From Octopus sinensis (lineage: Eukaryota): a DNA stretch of 64,000 bases. The position numbers were made by a program, and so were the translations under genes. The notes under the pieces were generated by a model. It was not told where the DNA came from and did not search any database. It saw only the letters and a program-made list of their open reading frames with translations. The stretch is from positions 16,244,001 through 16,308,000 of the forward strand of contig NC_043003.1 in NCBI RefSeq assembly GCF_006345805.1, given 5' to 3'. This document shows positions 40,262-53,908 of this stretch, in pieces (positions within the stretch are counted from its first letter, which is position 1; each line of letters begins with the position of its first letter).

Positions 40262-40845
40262 CCAGCTTCTTAAGCACACAACCACGAATTAGGAATACAT
40301 ATTTAGTGAGGAAAAGACATTAGCTCGATGACTACTATTGTTTTAATCATTTTTAGGAGGCAAAGTATACTATGTTTCTGCCTTATTTGGTGCTCATCTG
40401 CGAAGTGCAAGCCTCACTGCACTTGCTGATATTGTGATAAAGGAATCGTTAAGTAGATGTACAGTAATTATATAATGATTCGAAGGTTCTGCTCGTGATT
40501 ATTAAAATCACGGGTTCAGTTTCTATTGCAGGCGCTGCGCTTAGTCCTTGAGCGAGGCACTTCTTTCCATTTAACTGAAGTCAAATCTACTCAGACGTAA
40601 TAAGTACCGGCTTGGTCGCTGATGCAGCTTTCTCAGCATCTCACCTCACACACATGCACATCAGTCACTATATCCTGGATGTTCGGCCGGATCAAAACTA
40701 AGAGGTGATAGGGGTGAGGCGAGAAGGACTCAGTGTTCTGTCGCATTTTCAAAGACCCTTAAAAACTATTACTATAGACCTGAGAAATTAGCATATTAAA
40801 AATTTAAAAAATGAAAATAAATACAAAAAGCAAAAGAAAAAAATC

Positions 40846-41063
40846 AGGCGTAGCTGTGTGGTAAGAAGTTTGCTTCCCAACCACACAGTTCCAGGTTCAG
40901 TCCCATGGCGTGGCACCTTGGATAAGTGCCTTCTGCAATATCCTAGTGCCGAGTAGATTTGGTGGGCGGAAATTGAAAGAAGACCGTTATATATATATAT
41001 ATATATATCACACACACATATATATGTGTGTGTGTGTGTGTATATATGTGTGTGTATGTATGG

Positions 41064-41094
<31 letters not shown>

Positions 41095-41350
41095 AAGAGG
41101 CCCGTCATATATATACACGGGTATATGTGTGAGTGTGTGTCTGTCTGTACCCCACTACCGCTTGACAACCGGTGTTGGCGTGTTTATATCCCCCGTAACT
41201 TAATTTTATAGAACCGATAGAATAAGCACCAGGTTTTTTAAAAAAAAGTATTAAGCAATGCAATCGATTCATTCGACTAAAATCCTTCAAGACGGTACCC
41301 CAGCATGGCCGCAGTCGAATGGCTGGCACAAGAAACAGAAGAATAAAAAT
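40846..41350 (+). mobile_element. OK-like SINE
   Basis: ggcgtagctgtgtggtaagaag...ccagcatggccgcagtc. Confidence 0.82.
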
Positions 41351-41780
41351 GCATTCATTGAGTTTGATCTCAACACTACATATTTAACATTCAGCTTATA
41401 CGGCGCTTCCATACACTCACACGGCGCTTCCATACACTCACACGGCGCAGCATGTTTTGCCTGGACATATTAATTAGATTTGATTGAGCTATTTAACACT
41501 TGTATATTTAAATATCTTGGCTGTGAGAGCGCAACGTAACGCTGGTGACAGAATGCAAACAAGAAGAAAAAAAATCATTCCTTTTCGTCCAGCAGTCTGA
41601 CTCGGTCAGCTGCAACGCTCTCAGCTAAATGAACGCATTCGCAGAAAAGCGCTATATATTATCGTATAACAAATAATGCAAAGAAAAGTTATTGAACGCC
41701 GTTTACACTGTGCGCGCGCACATGTTTTGCAACCAGCGCACATAAAATACAAAGTAACTAATGTGCGCACACAAGATTAT

Positions 41781-42162
41781 CTCTTTTACTCTTTTACTTG
41801 TTTAAGTCGTTTGACTGCGGCTATGCTGGAGCACCGCCTTTAGTCGAGCAAATCGACCCCAGGACTTATACTTTGTAAGCCTAGTACTTATACTATCGTT
41901 CTCTTTCGCCGAACCGCTAAGTTACCAACATCGGTTGTCAAGCGATGTTGGGGGGACAAACACACACACACACACATATATATATACATATATATATACG
42001 ACGGGTTTCTTTCAGTTTCCGTCTTCCAAATCCACTCACAAAGCTTTGGTCGGCCCGAGGCTATAACAGAAGACACTTGCCCAAAGTGCCACGCAGTAGG
42101 ACCGAACCCGGAACCATGTGGTTGGTAAGCAAGCTACTTACCACACAGCCACTCCTGCGCCT
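41781..42162 (-). mobile_element. OK-like SINE, full length
   Basis: Reverse-complement match. Confidence 0.9.
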
Positions 42163-42214
42163 AAAAGTATCTACTTAAAATAATCTAATAATTATTATAC
42201 TTATTTTGTAGTCG

Positions 42215-43020
42215 CATGCAAAAGCTTGGTTTTGGGTTCAGTCCCATTGCGTGGCATCAAGGGGAAGTATTTTCAACTACGTATAGCTACCGGCCAATTA
42301 ATGTCTTGTGAGCGAATTTGGTTGACGGAAACTATATGGAAGCACGCCATATATGTATGTGCATTTATGTATGTTTGTTTTTCTGTTTGTCTCTCACCGT
42401 TCGACAACTGCTGTCTTCTTCTTCTTCTTCTTTCACTCATGCCATTAGAAACAAAGAATAATCTCTAATTTGGGCCTACTCTAAGCTGCTAAGAATGCGT
42501 CTGGCAACTTGAAGATCCGCCCACCACATTCGATAGACTGGCGGTTGCACGGGCGCGAAAGCTACGTTGTTATCCTCATTCCGTAAACGGTGGCTTTTAA
42601 CGGGTGGAGAGCTGAACCATCCTGGGGTACAGAGGATTCGCAATTTAAACTAGGGTCTGCAAGTTTACCACACCATAGTGGGTTACACCATGGTTCCTCT
42701 GCTTTTTGGCAGAAGTAGGGAGAAAGAGTGAGAGAAAGTTGTGGTGAAAGAGTACAGCGGGGTTCACCCCCTCCCCCTCCACCGCCGGAGCCTCGTGGAG
42801 CTTAGGTATTTTTGCTCAATTAACACTCACAATGCCCGGTCTGGGAATCGAAACCACAACTGCTGTTGGTTTGTTTGCGTCCCTTAAATACAGCAGTTCA
42901 GCCGAAAGAAAGCGGTGCAATAAATACTAGACTTAGAATAAGTATTGGCACCGATTTGATCGACTAAAGCGGTGCTCCAGCTTGGCCGCTATCTAATAAG
43001 TGAATCAAGCAGATAATAGG
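42215..43020 (+). mobile_element. Degenerate OK-like SINE split by nested inserts (unclassified 42415-42715; OR fragment 42720-42857 on minus)
   Basis: OK sequence stops at acaactgctgt (about 42405) and resumes at acaactgctgt (about 42857), which looks like a TSD. Confidence 0.65.
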
Positions 43021-43345
43021 AATATCCGCATCCAGTGCAAACATAGGTTCCAGGCACTGTTATCACCCTATAACAGTGATTACTAACTCGGACAGCAACA
43101 TCCTTCAGGGCTTGTTAGACACTTGCCCAAGGTGCCACGCAGTTGCACTGAACCCGGAACCATGTGGTTAGTAAGTAAGCTTCTTACCACACAGCCACTC
43201 CTGTATCTATAAAGCTACTCCTGCGCCTATGTCTTAGAAATGAATATTTAAACAATGCACAATACATATGCCTTAAATATATTTTCCAAAAGAAAAAATA
43301 TGCCGTGTCGGGATTAAAATACTGATGAACAATGCACTAAACTTC

Positions 43346-43628
43346 TAGTGGTTCCCAAAGTGGGCAGAATAGCCTCCAACTCTTGGGGTTGTGGAAAGTT
43401 CCAAAAGGCGTTGAAGAAAAGCGGGACAATAACGGGATAGCGATTCATGTAAAAACAAAAAAAATAATGGGTTTGTTAGGTTAAGTTATATTTGTGAAAT
43501 ACAGTAGCGTTGAATAATCTGCTTCAGAAAGGGGTCTATGTTTGTGACAGTTACTTGGGGGTGGGGGCATTAGGAATGTGGCCTGGGTGTCAAAGGGGCA
43601 GTAACTCGAAAAAGTTTGGGAACCACTG
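43346..43628. mobile_element. hAT-like MITE
   Basis: TIRs tagtggttcccaaa / tttgggaaccactg; no clear 8-bp TSD. Confidence 0.72.
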
Positions 43629-43675
43629 TTCAATATATGATTTATTTATTATTTTTTTTAATGTATAAGTCCTTG

Positions 43676-43912
43676 AAGGCGGCGAGCTGGCAGAAACGTT
43701 AGCATGCCGGGCGAAATGCGTAGCTGTATTTCGTCTGCCGCTACGTTCTGAGTTCAAATTCCGCCGAGGTCGACTTTGCCTTTCATCCTTTCGGGGTCGA
43801 TTAAATAAGTACCAGTTACGCACTGGGGTCGATATAATCGACTTAATCCCTTTGTCTGTCCTTGTCTGTCCCCTCTATGTTTAGCCCCTTGTGAGCAGTA
43901 AAGAAATAAGAA
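43676..43912 (+). mobile_element. SINE family B monomer
   Basis: aaggcggcgagctggcagaaacgttagc...gtaaagaaataag. Confidence 0.92.
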
Positions 43913-44268
43913 CATAAACCAGAATGCAAAATTAACGTCTTTTTTTTTTGTCTGAAATGATCTACTTTCTTCTTTTACCAAAACAACACAGGAAAGAGGC
44001 TTTTGTAAAACGCTCTTCTGACAAAGAAGAGACAACGAGCTACGACAAGCCAAGACCCATTAGTTTATGTTATTGAATAGTGTTAATAGTAAAGTATCAC
44101 AACTTATTAAGGCCATTCAAATAACACTTGATGAAGTGCATGCAGCTAAAAACTCATGTCAGTTGTTGTTAATTGTGTTAGTAAGGCTTCTACTTGTATT
44201 TGTTTACAAACATACGAACTGAGTCAGTGAATGCGACGAGTCAAAAGCTGTAAGAAATGGTTGCAGGT

Positions 44269-44686
44269 AAGGCGGCGAGCTGGCAGAAACGTTAGCACGC
44301 CGGGCGAAATGCGTAGCCGTATTTCGTCTGCCGCTACGTTCTGAGTTCAAATTCCGCCGAGGTCGACTTTGCCTTTCATCCTTTCGGAGTCGATTAAATA
44401 AGTACCAGTTACGCACTGGGGTCGATATAATCGACTTTATCCGTTTGTCTGTCCTCGTTTGTTCCCTCTGTGCTTAGCCCCTTGTGGGTAGTAAAGAAAT
44501 AGGTATTTCATCTGTCGTTACGTTCTGAGTTCAAATTCCGCCGAGGTCGACTTTGCCTTTCATCCTTTCGGAGTCGATAAATTAGTACCAGTTGCGCACT
44601 GTGGTCGATGTAATCGACTTAATCTGTTTGTCTGTCCTTGTTTGTCCCCTCTGTGTTTAGCCCCTTGTGGGCAATAAAGAAATAAG
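44269..44686 (+). mobile_element. SINE family B dimer
   Basis: Second unit begins at the gaaatag|gtatttc junction (about 44502); TSD aatggttgca(g/a)gt flanks the whole dimer. Confidence 0.9.
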
Positions 44687-44754
44687 GAATGGTTGCAAGT
44701 CCGTAACTTGACAACATTGTAACCTGCGAACAAAAGATTTTAGTCATATTGTAC

Positions 44755-45114
44755 GCGTGGCTGTGTGGTAAGACGTTTGCGTCCCAAACACGTGGTTCCG
44801 GGTTCACTTCCACTAAATTGGCACCTCGGTCAAATGTTTTCTAGTATAACCTCGGGCCTACCAAAGATTTGTGAGTGGGTTTGGTTGATAGAAACTGAAA
44901 GAAGCGCGTCACGCGCGTGTCAGTGTTTGTCCCCCCACTGCCACCGCTTTACAACTATTGTTGGAGTGTTTACGCCACCGTAACTTAGCGGTTCGGCAAA
45001 ACAGATCGATAGATTTAGTACCAGGCTTTAAAATAGGTTCTGAGGTCGATTCGGTCCACTAAAATTCTTCATGGCGGTGCCCCAGCGTGGCCGTAGCCTA
45101 ATGACCGAAACAAA
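44755..45114 (+). mobile_element. OK-like SINE
   Basis: gtggctgtgtggtaag...ccagcgtggccgtag. Confidence 0.8.
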
Positions 45115-45505
45115 ACTTTATATATAAAAGAGAGGTTGTGTGCTGTCTATCTCCTACGATTTAGATTCCTAACTACTCCCACATTTTGCGGTGCAGTGTA
45201 ACCAAAAGCGGGTATCTTATAGTCGTGATTCATATCGAACCCTTCTGGGTATTAGCGCGCATCTACGATGAGTCTACGATTTAAAAAAAAATTACCATCA
45301 ATTTTTCCCATTTTTAATGCTTTTTGGCATATATAAGGAAGTAACTCTCTAAAAATATTATTAAATCTCAGAACGTAAAAAGCCACAGTAACACACCCCC
45401 TTTGTGGTTAGCCATATTGAGATAGCTATTATACTTTACATCTCTAAAAATGCTTATATAGTTATTTCCCTTACAAACCCGAGCAACGCCGGGCGATACT
45501 GCTAG
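45115..45505 (+). mobile_element. Non-autonomous Helitron
   Basis: 3' hairpin cccg-agcaacgc-cggg followed by CTAG|T; homologous to the copies at 51069 and 61005. Confidence 0.85.
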
Positions 45506-45722
45506 TAAATGATAAAAAACATGAGAAATGTTTTAAAAATCTGATAGTCGAGTGTTAGGAAGTCGAAACTATTTTGTTTCTGGAAGATTTTTATAAATCG
45601 AAATCATTGATATTGAAAATTAAAATCAACCAGAATCTTAGTCAGAGGCTATTAATAGTTTAGGTAACAGAACTAATTTTTCAAGATACTTAGCTATACT
45701 TATACTAAAATATTTACTATAA

Positions 45723-45876
45723 AAGCGCAGGAGTGGCTGTGTGGTAATAAGCTTGCTTCCCAACCACATGGTTCCGGGTTAAGTCCTGCTGCGTGGCACC
45801 TTGGGCAAGTGTCTTCTACTATAGCTTCAGGCCGACCAAAGCCTTGTGAGTGGATTTACGAAACGGAAACTGAAAC
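45723..45876 (+). mobile_element. OK-like SINE, 5' half
   Basis: Clear head with A/B boxes. Confidence 0.85.
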
Positions 45877-46494
45877 CCATAGCACCTCCACTTACAATTG
45901 TCAGTTTTCAGCGAAGTGATCAATAGTTGATTCTCATGATCAGTGGACCTAATTCTGCATTTCACTTCTTATGGTTTTGAACTGCTCAACCTTATTATAG
46001 CACTTTCTTGATTTGAATCTTAAACTTTAAAACCTTCATTTATACATTTATGTACATACATACTTTTTTGCGTTTGTATATACTACATTTATATATTAAC
46101 TTTAATAAATTGACCTTGATAAATTTAACCTTTAAAATTCCACGACGAGTAAGAGTACTTCTACTTCACAAGCAGCTCTAATGCGACAACGGCGATCTCA
46201 AGTAAGTCTCTGACTCATTATGTATGATATTTACTAAATCAAGCAATTATACTTTGTCTATTCTACTTCAATACCTAAACAGTTATATACATATTGCTGT
46301 AATTAATTTATACATTGCATTAATAGACATGTTTCCAACATCTCCAAATAACTAAAAGCTGGCAATGCATGCAGGGTTTTCAATTAAATTTGATAACACT
46401 TTGACTGCTCATAACTCCGATAATTCTGAATTATTCCAGTTAAACTTTCTCTATGACAGTAGATAAAATTTTAATTCCAGAACGTATTTAATAA

Positions 46495-46630
46495 GTGTGT
46501 TCCAATCCTGCTTTTTCTCACGGACAGTTCTATATCGGATGCTCTAGAGTTGGAAATCCAGAAACTTTATTCATCTATGCACCCAACAGCAAAACCAAAA
46601 ACATTGTGTATCACGAAGTCCCACGAGACT
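46495..46630 (+). pseudogene. Helitron RepHel (Pif1-like helicase) C-terminal fragment
   Basis: PAFSHGQFYIGCSRVGNPETLFIYAPNSKTKNIVYHEV matches the Helitron helicase end motif FSHGQLYVACSRV...T.NIVY.EV. Confidence 0.85.
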
Positions 46631-46889
46631 GGAATTTTGGAACGAAGATGCTTATCCCTCCGACAACCTCTCTCTCCAACCTCGAAAAATCACTATCATT
46701 GACCTCCGATAATCTCTCCCTTCTCCAGCTGACATTTTTTGTACTTTTTCGCAACGGAAAATACACCTTTTGTGGCAGTTATAACGAAATTGATTTTTTT
46801 TATATCAAAGTATTAAGGTGTTTAAATAGAACATCTTTATGTTTTAATAGAACACATACACACGCACACACATATATATATACATATGA

Positions 46890-47099
46890 TTATATTGGTA
46901 TAAGACGTCAACAACAGTAAACAACATGAAATACGAAAGCAAATGCGTTCAATACGCAAACATCGAGAGAAACAAATGGAAAGCAGAAAGCAACAAAAAC
47001 GACCCTTCACCAGTTGTCGGGTGTCTATTTACTCATTTCGAGCATTGAACGGCAATATGAGTCTTCGAAGACAGTTGATCCCATAAGTACCAAAATAAT

Positions 47100-47100
<1 letters not shown>
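46890..47100 (-). mobile_element. pLTR-like repeat related to 18058-18480
   Basis: Plus-strand cccttcaccagttgtc versus ccccttcatcagctgtc; microsatellite flanks. Confidence 0.45.
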
Positions 47101-47160
<60 letters not shown>

Positions 47161-47287
47161 TGTATGTATGTATGTATGTATGTATGTATGTATGTATGTA
47201 TTATGTATGTATGTATATATATTATATGTGTATATAAATGTATATATATGAATATATATATAAATATAAATACGTATATAAATATAA

Positions 47288-47355
<68 letters not shown>

Positions 47356-47398
47356 CTATATGTTTGTGTGTGTAAATATATATATATATATAAATATA

Positions 47399-48358
47399 CA
47401 GGGTCGGACAAAATAATGGAAACACCTAGCATCATAGCATCATAAGTTTTAAATATCTATAAAACCGTCAAAAGCCTGTTGATTTTTATGTTTTTTTGAT
47501 TCATTATTATTGTTGCTTGTTATTTTTTTCTAAAATTGCCTTTCTTTTCAGATATTTTCAGAAAAAATTAAATTTAATTAAACTGACAGATCTATCGGAC
47601 TTTCAAGGATGTCAAATTTTTGTTGCTCGTATGGCTAGCGTAACGAAAACAGTCGAAATGTTTGGCGTATCAAGAAGTACAGTCTCGATAGTAATGGCAG
47701 CCTTTGAGAAAGAAGGAAAAACCTCCTCGACGAAATAAAATTCCGGCAGAAATCCAAAACTTTCAAATAGGGACCGCCGGTGTCTTACGCGAATCGTTAG
47801 AAAGGATCACATAAGTATAGCTCCCCAAATTATTGCAGATCTTAACGACCACCTCAAGAACCCAGTTTCTACAAAAACTGTTCGCCGGGAGCTGCACAAA
47901 GCTGGAATTCACGGGAGGGTTGCAATCAGAAAGCCACTACTTTCAAAAACAAAGGTTGCAAGGTGTTTAGAGGGGAGTATAAACCGACATAATTGGTCCC
48001 CAGAGCAGTGAAAAAATATTATTTTCTCGGTCGAATCATCTTTTACCCTATTTCCGACCACCGACCGAGTATACGCGTGGAGACAGCCAAAAGAAGTATT
48101 TGACCTAGACTGCCTTCTTCATGGCAGAATTAATAGTCAATACTATTTAAGCATTTTATCTGATTAAATTCATCCTATGGTTGCGGAACTGTCTCCTTAG
48201 CGAAGTGTATGATAATGCACCATTTCATACAGCTAAATTTGTTACTGAATGGCACGAGGAACATTGTAGTGAAGTTGAACATCTTATCTGGCTATCACAG
48301 TCCCCAGATCTCAATGTTATTGAACATTTATTGTGCATTTTAGAAAAACAGTAAGGAG

Positions 48359-48362
<4 letters not shown>
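47399..48362 (+). mobile_element. Defective Tc1 (DD34E) transposon, 3'-truncated by a (TA)n tract
   Basis: TA-CAGGGTCGGACAAAATAATGGAAACA; LSDFQGCQI; GVSRSTVS; SGRNPKLSNRDRR; IIFSVES; DNAPFHTA; WLSQSPDLNVIEHL. Confidence 0.9.
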
Positions 48363-48398
<36 letters not shown>

Positions 48399-48429
48399 GC
48401 GTGATAGGTAGATAGATAAATGTTCACAC

Positions 48430-48700
48430 AATGTCTATCTGTGTGTGTTTTTATGTCTGTACTGCCTCTGTTAGGAACTCGTGTTAATTTGTTTACTCGC
48501 AACATAGCGGTTCAGCAAAAAGACTGATAAAATAAGTACCACACTTTAACAAAACAGCAAAACAAAAAAAAAACAAAAAAAGAAAACAAAGCAAAAAAAA
48601 AAAAATAAAAGTATGTATTGGGGGTCAATTTGTTCGATGCAAATTCTTCATGCCAGTGCCCTCAGCATGGCCGCAGTCCAATGACTGAAACAAGTTCAAG
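48430..48700 (+). mobile_element. OK-like SINE, degenerate 3' half
   Basis: tagcggttcagcaaaagactgataaaataagtacc; cagcatggccgcagtccaatgactgaaacaag. Confidence 0.7.
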
Positions 48701-48773
48701 AAAAAAATCTCGCATTTACTCCATCTCCACTACCAACAACATCCCCACCCCGTCAAACAACAGCTACAACAAC

Positions 48774-48805
<32 letters not shown>

Positions 48806-49536
48806 CAACTACCACCCCAACAACGATAACAACAATTCATGTTTCATGTAAGTGTAAGGAACGGTTACTTCTATAATGAAATCGTAGTCGTAGATTTTAC
48901 GAAAGCTTCTGGTAAACTGACCGGTTTCATTTCTCGTCGGGCGGCTATTTCACTTAAGGATACTAAAGTGGTTGGAAAACGTTGTGACTGCTTTCAATTT
49001 GATCAGCTTTCAAACCGTTGCGAGAAACAATTATTTACTGCATGATAACATTAAGTGGTTGTTTTATCATATTTCACGAAGTTCGTCGGTTCACCGTTCT
49101 AAGCTAGAATTCAGGCTGGAGTAGATAGATAGGTAGGTAGGACATTTAGCTGTTTCATGTTTTTCTGCGATTTGTAACACAAACTCACCCACTCGCTGTC
49201 ATTCGCTTGTTTTCTGTCACTCTCTCTCTCTCAGACACACACAAAGACAAACGCACACCAACATAGAAACATACACACACTAACACATTCAGAAACACAC
49301 ACATGAACGCAAATGCACACACACACACACCACACACACACACATGGAACTAGACACAAAACACACACACACTGACGTACTTTCACAAGCATACACTCAC
49401 GCAAGACACATACATACAAACACATTCTCAGGCAAACACGCGCAAAAGACACATACACAAAACACACACGTACCCTTACACACACACTCATGCACACACA
49501 AAACACACTCAAACATATACAGACTTGCATACACAT

Positions 49537-49940
49537 AGGCGCAAGAGTGGCTGTATGGTAAGTAGCTTGCTTACTAACCACATGGTTCCGGGTTCAGTCC
49601 CACTGCGTGGCACCTTGGGCAAGTGTCTTTTACTATAGCCTCAGGCCGACCAAAGCCTTGTGAGTGGATTTGGTAGACGGAAACTGAAAGAAGCCCGTCG
49701 GTATATATATATGTGTATGAATATGTTTGTGTGTCTGTGCTTGTCCCCCCAACATCGCTTGACAACCGATGCTGGTGTATTTACGTCCCCGTGTCTTAGC
49801 GGTTCGGCATAAGACCCCGATAGAATAAGTATTAGGCTTACAAAGGATAAGTCATGGGGTCTATTTGCTGGACTAAAGGCGGTGCTCCAGATGGCCGCTG
49901 TCAAATGACTGAAACAAATAAAAGAATAAAAGAAAAAGAA
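49537..49940 (+). mobile_element. OK-like SINE, full length
   Basis: Near-identical to 28447-28872. Confidence 0.92.
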
Positions 49941-50199
49941 AGAAAACACGCGCGCGCACGCACACAGACACTCACGCAGACACACAACACACACACACAC
50001 ACACAACACACACACACTTATTCAAAATATTTTTACTCATTCCAGTGTCTGGGTTGTACATTTACTGCGAACTGCCTAGTATAATTTTAGCGCGAAAATA
50101 TCGGCCCGACCCTGGTACGTATCCCAGACTGATGCTGTTTGATATCGATTGACGTACAATCGCAAATTGGCATGCCATTTTACACTATTGTATACAATT

Positions 50200-50605
50200 A
50201 GACGTAGGAGTGGCTGTGTGGTAAGTTGCTTGCTTACCAGCCACATGGTTCTGGGTTCAGTCCCGCTGCGTGGCACACTGGGCAAGTGTCTTCTACTATA
50301 GCCTCGGGCCGAATAAAGCCTTGTGGGTGGATTTGGTAGACAGAAACTAAAAGACGTCCGTCGTATGTATGTGTATATATATGTATATATGTGTATGTAT
50401 ATATGTTTGCGTGTCTGTGTTTGTTCTTCCAACATCGCTTGACAACCGATACTGGTGTTTACGTTCCCGTAACTTAGCGGTTCGGCAGAAGAGTACGATA
50501 TAATAAGTACTAGGCTTACAAAGAATAAGTCCTGGAGTCGATTTGCTCGACTAAAAGCGGTGCTCCAGCATGGCCACAGTCAAATGACTGATACAAGTAA
50601 GGAAT
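50200..50605 (+). mobile_element. OK-like SINE, full length
   Basis: Near-identical to 49537-49940. Confidence 0.92.
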
Positions 50606-51068
50606 AATAACAACAGCCGTAATAAAATTGGAAGTATGCCAAAAATTCTTAGTGTGCCAAAATTCTTTACAGAATGCACTTATCAATTGTCATACATAAC
50701 TTCGTAAATATGACATAAAAAGCATGAAATATTCTCAGAGAATTTTGAAATCATATTTATTGTATATTTACTTATTTTATATTACATTTATTTTACAGAA
50801 TTTAGGAATTGAAAAAAATTTTATCACTGCCTACATTTATGTTGTGATAAACCCGTGAAAATATGTACTATAAAAAGATAGAAAGCCTACCATTCCCGTT
50901 TATGCACAAATCAAACTATACAAACTCTTTTACAACGGTGATGGTCTTATAACACACAGTAATCTGCATTCATCATTCAGATATCACAAATGATATTCGT
51001 AAACGAATCGCAAACGCTGAGACATTATACACCAAATGATATCTTTCAAACTAGCAACACGCAATACA

Positions 51069-51464
51069 TCTTTATACATAAAAGTGAAGTTGTGTGTCTG
51101 TCTCCTACGATTTAGATTCCTAACTACTCCCACATTTTGCGGTGCAGTGTAACCAAAAGCGGGTATCTTATAGTCGTGATTCATATCGAGCCCTTCTGGG
51201 TATTAGCGCGCGTCTACGATGAGTCTACGATTTTAAAAAAATTTACCATCATTTTTTTCCATTTTAATGCATTTTTTCGCTATTATATAAGGGAAGTAAC
51301 TCTCTAAAAATGTCTACGATGAGTCAATGATTTAAAAAAAATTTACCATCATTTTTTTTCCATTTTTAATGCATTTTTTTGCTATTTTTTGGCTATAACT
51401 CTCTAAAAATGCTTATATAGTTATTTCCCTTACAAACCCGAGCAACGCCGGGCGATACTGCTAG
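51069..51464 (+). mobile_element. Non-autonomous Helitron
   Basis: A|TC start, subterminal hairpin, CTAG|T end, no TSD. Confidence 0.92.
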
Positions 51465-51795
51465 TGAAATATAAAAGACGTATACATATCACCATTAATC
51501 TCCTCAGCTATGTTACAAGATTACGTGCTCCAGGTACGGAACTTTAATACTTTTATGGAAGAAATGTTCAACATGTACACGATACTTCTTGGCTTTCTGC
51601 GTTTCCCTCCGTATCTACAAATGAACGTGAGTGGCGAGCTACGATGTCTTCCACATTTAAACGACCGATGTTCAAAGCGGCTTTCAAATTGCTGTTTAAG
51701 TGTTTTTTTTTTGTTCTCCTTCCAAACGCTATACATGTTGTAGTCCGAACTATAAACACAATGTTATACAGACATGAATAGAACTCCAATATACA

Positions 51796-52412
51796 GGGCG
51801 GGAAGCTGGCAGAAACGTTAGCACGCCGGGCGAAATGCTTAGCGGTATTTCGTCTGCCGTTACGTTCTGAGTTCAAATTCTAAAGAGGTCGACTTTGCCT
51901 TTCATCCTTTCGGGGTCAATTAAATAAGTACCAGTTACGCACTGGGGTCGATATAATCTACTTAATCCGTTTGTCTGTCCTTGTTTGTCCTCTCTGTGTT
52001 TAGCCCCTTGTAGGTAGTAAAGAAATAGGTATTTCGTCTGCCGCTACGTTCTGAGTTCAAATTCTGCCGAGGTCGACTTTGCCTTTCATCCTTTCGGGGT
52101 CGATAAATTAAGTACCAGTTTCGCACTGGGGTCGATATAATCGACTTAATCCGTTTGTCTGTCCTTGTTTGTACTCTCTGTGTTTAGCCCCTTGTGGGTA
52201 GTAAAGAAATATGTATTTCGTCTGCTGCTACGTTCTGAGTTCAAATTCTAAAGAGGTCGACTTTGCCTTTCATCCTTTCAGGGTCGATAAATTAAGTACC
52301 AGTTTCGCACTGGAGTCGATGTAATCGATTTAATCCGTTTGTCTGTCCTTGTTTGTCCCCCTCTGTGTGTAGCCCCATGTGGGCAGTACAGAAATAAGAA
52401 ATAAGAATAAGA
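51796..52412 (+). mobile_element. SINE family B trimer
   Basis: One head plus two headless units joined at gaaata(g/t)|gtatttcgtctg (about 52029 and 52212). Confidence 0.9.
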
Positions 52413-52897
52413 ACTGAAACATACATATGTAGAGAACTACATACACACACACACACACACTTAAAAAAAAAATAACAGATACACATACATACACAAATAT
52501 ATGTATAATTTCGTGCATGGAAACACATACAAGTGTGAGTGCATGAGTCTGCGTGTGTGTATACGTGTGTTATGTACTTTTTTACTCGTTCACTACACTA
52601 TGGGATCACGCACATGAATGTACATAATACAACTTCACAGATAAACACACACACACACACACACACGTCCGTGCAAACATGTATGTATGCATAAATATAC
52701 ATACATACATACATACATGCAAAAATAGCTTGAGTAGATTTATAAGGCAAAATGTGCATACACAGACGATCAATGTATGGAGTCGGACAAGCGAAGGAAT
52801 GCGACTGAAAAAAGGAATAGAAATGTAAGACAAGAATAGAAAGATCATAGAAGTGTACAATGAAGATGAATGCATAAACGAAAGGGAATTTAACGTT

Positions 52898-53076
52898 GGG
52901 ACCTTTTGAGCGGGATGGGCTACTGAACTTGAAGAAAATTCAAACTGGGCCCCACCTGCAAGGTCATGTACTGTTTATCTTGATATGAGATCACAATGTC
53001 GCGCACATATCGTTGTTATGCATGTGCCTAGAGTACCCTTATCAGACGGGTAGTCATGATGGGTAAATGGGGCTTC

Positions 53077-53078
<2 letters not shown>
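52898..53078 (+). mobile_element. Dong-like 3'-UTR fragment ending in (TAA)n
   Basis: Homologous to 55055-55235. Confidence 0.72.
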
Positions 53079-53170
<92 letters not shown>

Positions 53171-53435
53171 CAACAACAACAACAATATGTATGCATATAC
53201 GTATGTATGTATACATGCTGATAATATTGGTTTGGCTGAGGTTTCAAGTTTTACCTTTAACAGATGAGCCCTTAAATGCGAAACCGGAAGCCCCAGTCAA
53301 ATCAGTGCTGACCATAAATTTTACTGTACTAAATGCATAGAGTCCCACCAGCAAATAATGTAATGTCATTTTCTCTAAGTTGATCAACAATACCAAATAA
53401 CAACTCCCCACACATGCTAAGTTGTACTATAGAAT

Positions 53436-53908
53436 ATGTGGAGAATATACCGCCAACTTTGCCCAAACGACCTAAACATTAGCTTCAAGGTTCATCTAAG
53501 ACTGGGACCACGGGCCATACGACCCCTGCCCAATTCAAGATCACAACATACATGTAGACTGCAACATAATTTCTTTTCCTCAACAGGCCCTGCCCTATTT
53601 AACATTGTCCCGAGGGAGATCAAAGAGGAAAAGGATCCCATCAACTTTAAACGGAGTCTGGATAGATTCCTTCAAAGAATACCAGATAAGCCACCTATAA
53701 TTGGATACAACTTACCCAACAAGAACTCACTACTTGAACAAAACTGGATACAACTCACCCAACAAGAACTCACTACTTGAACAAAACTTGACTTAAACAA
53801 AACTTGACTTATACAGGGTTCGAATAATCCTATCAAGTGGTGCTATTAAGTTAGACATGGCCTGGACCAATCTTTGGTCGAAACATATCTAAGTTTATCT
53901 AAGTTTAT
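53436..53908 (+). mobile_element. CR1/L2-group LINE 3' end
   Basis: WRIY...RLG...FFSSTGPALFNIVPREIK...FKRSLDRFLQRIPDKP..GY...NSLL; 3' stem-loop and (tatctaagtt) tail; clade assignment tentative. Confidence 0.8.

Noticed and set aside
41400-41448. 21-bp tandem repeat
   Set aside because: Only about 2.3 copies; an ordinary local duplication
46495-46920. 141-aa gene
   Set aside because: Only the first 45 aa or so are Helitron helicase; the rest is read-through into non-coding DNA
53860-53890. Hammerhead (stem plus GAAAC)
   Set aside because: No CUGANGA box; better explained as a LINE 3' stem-loop
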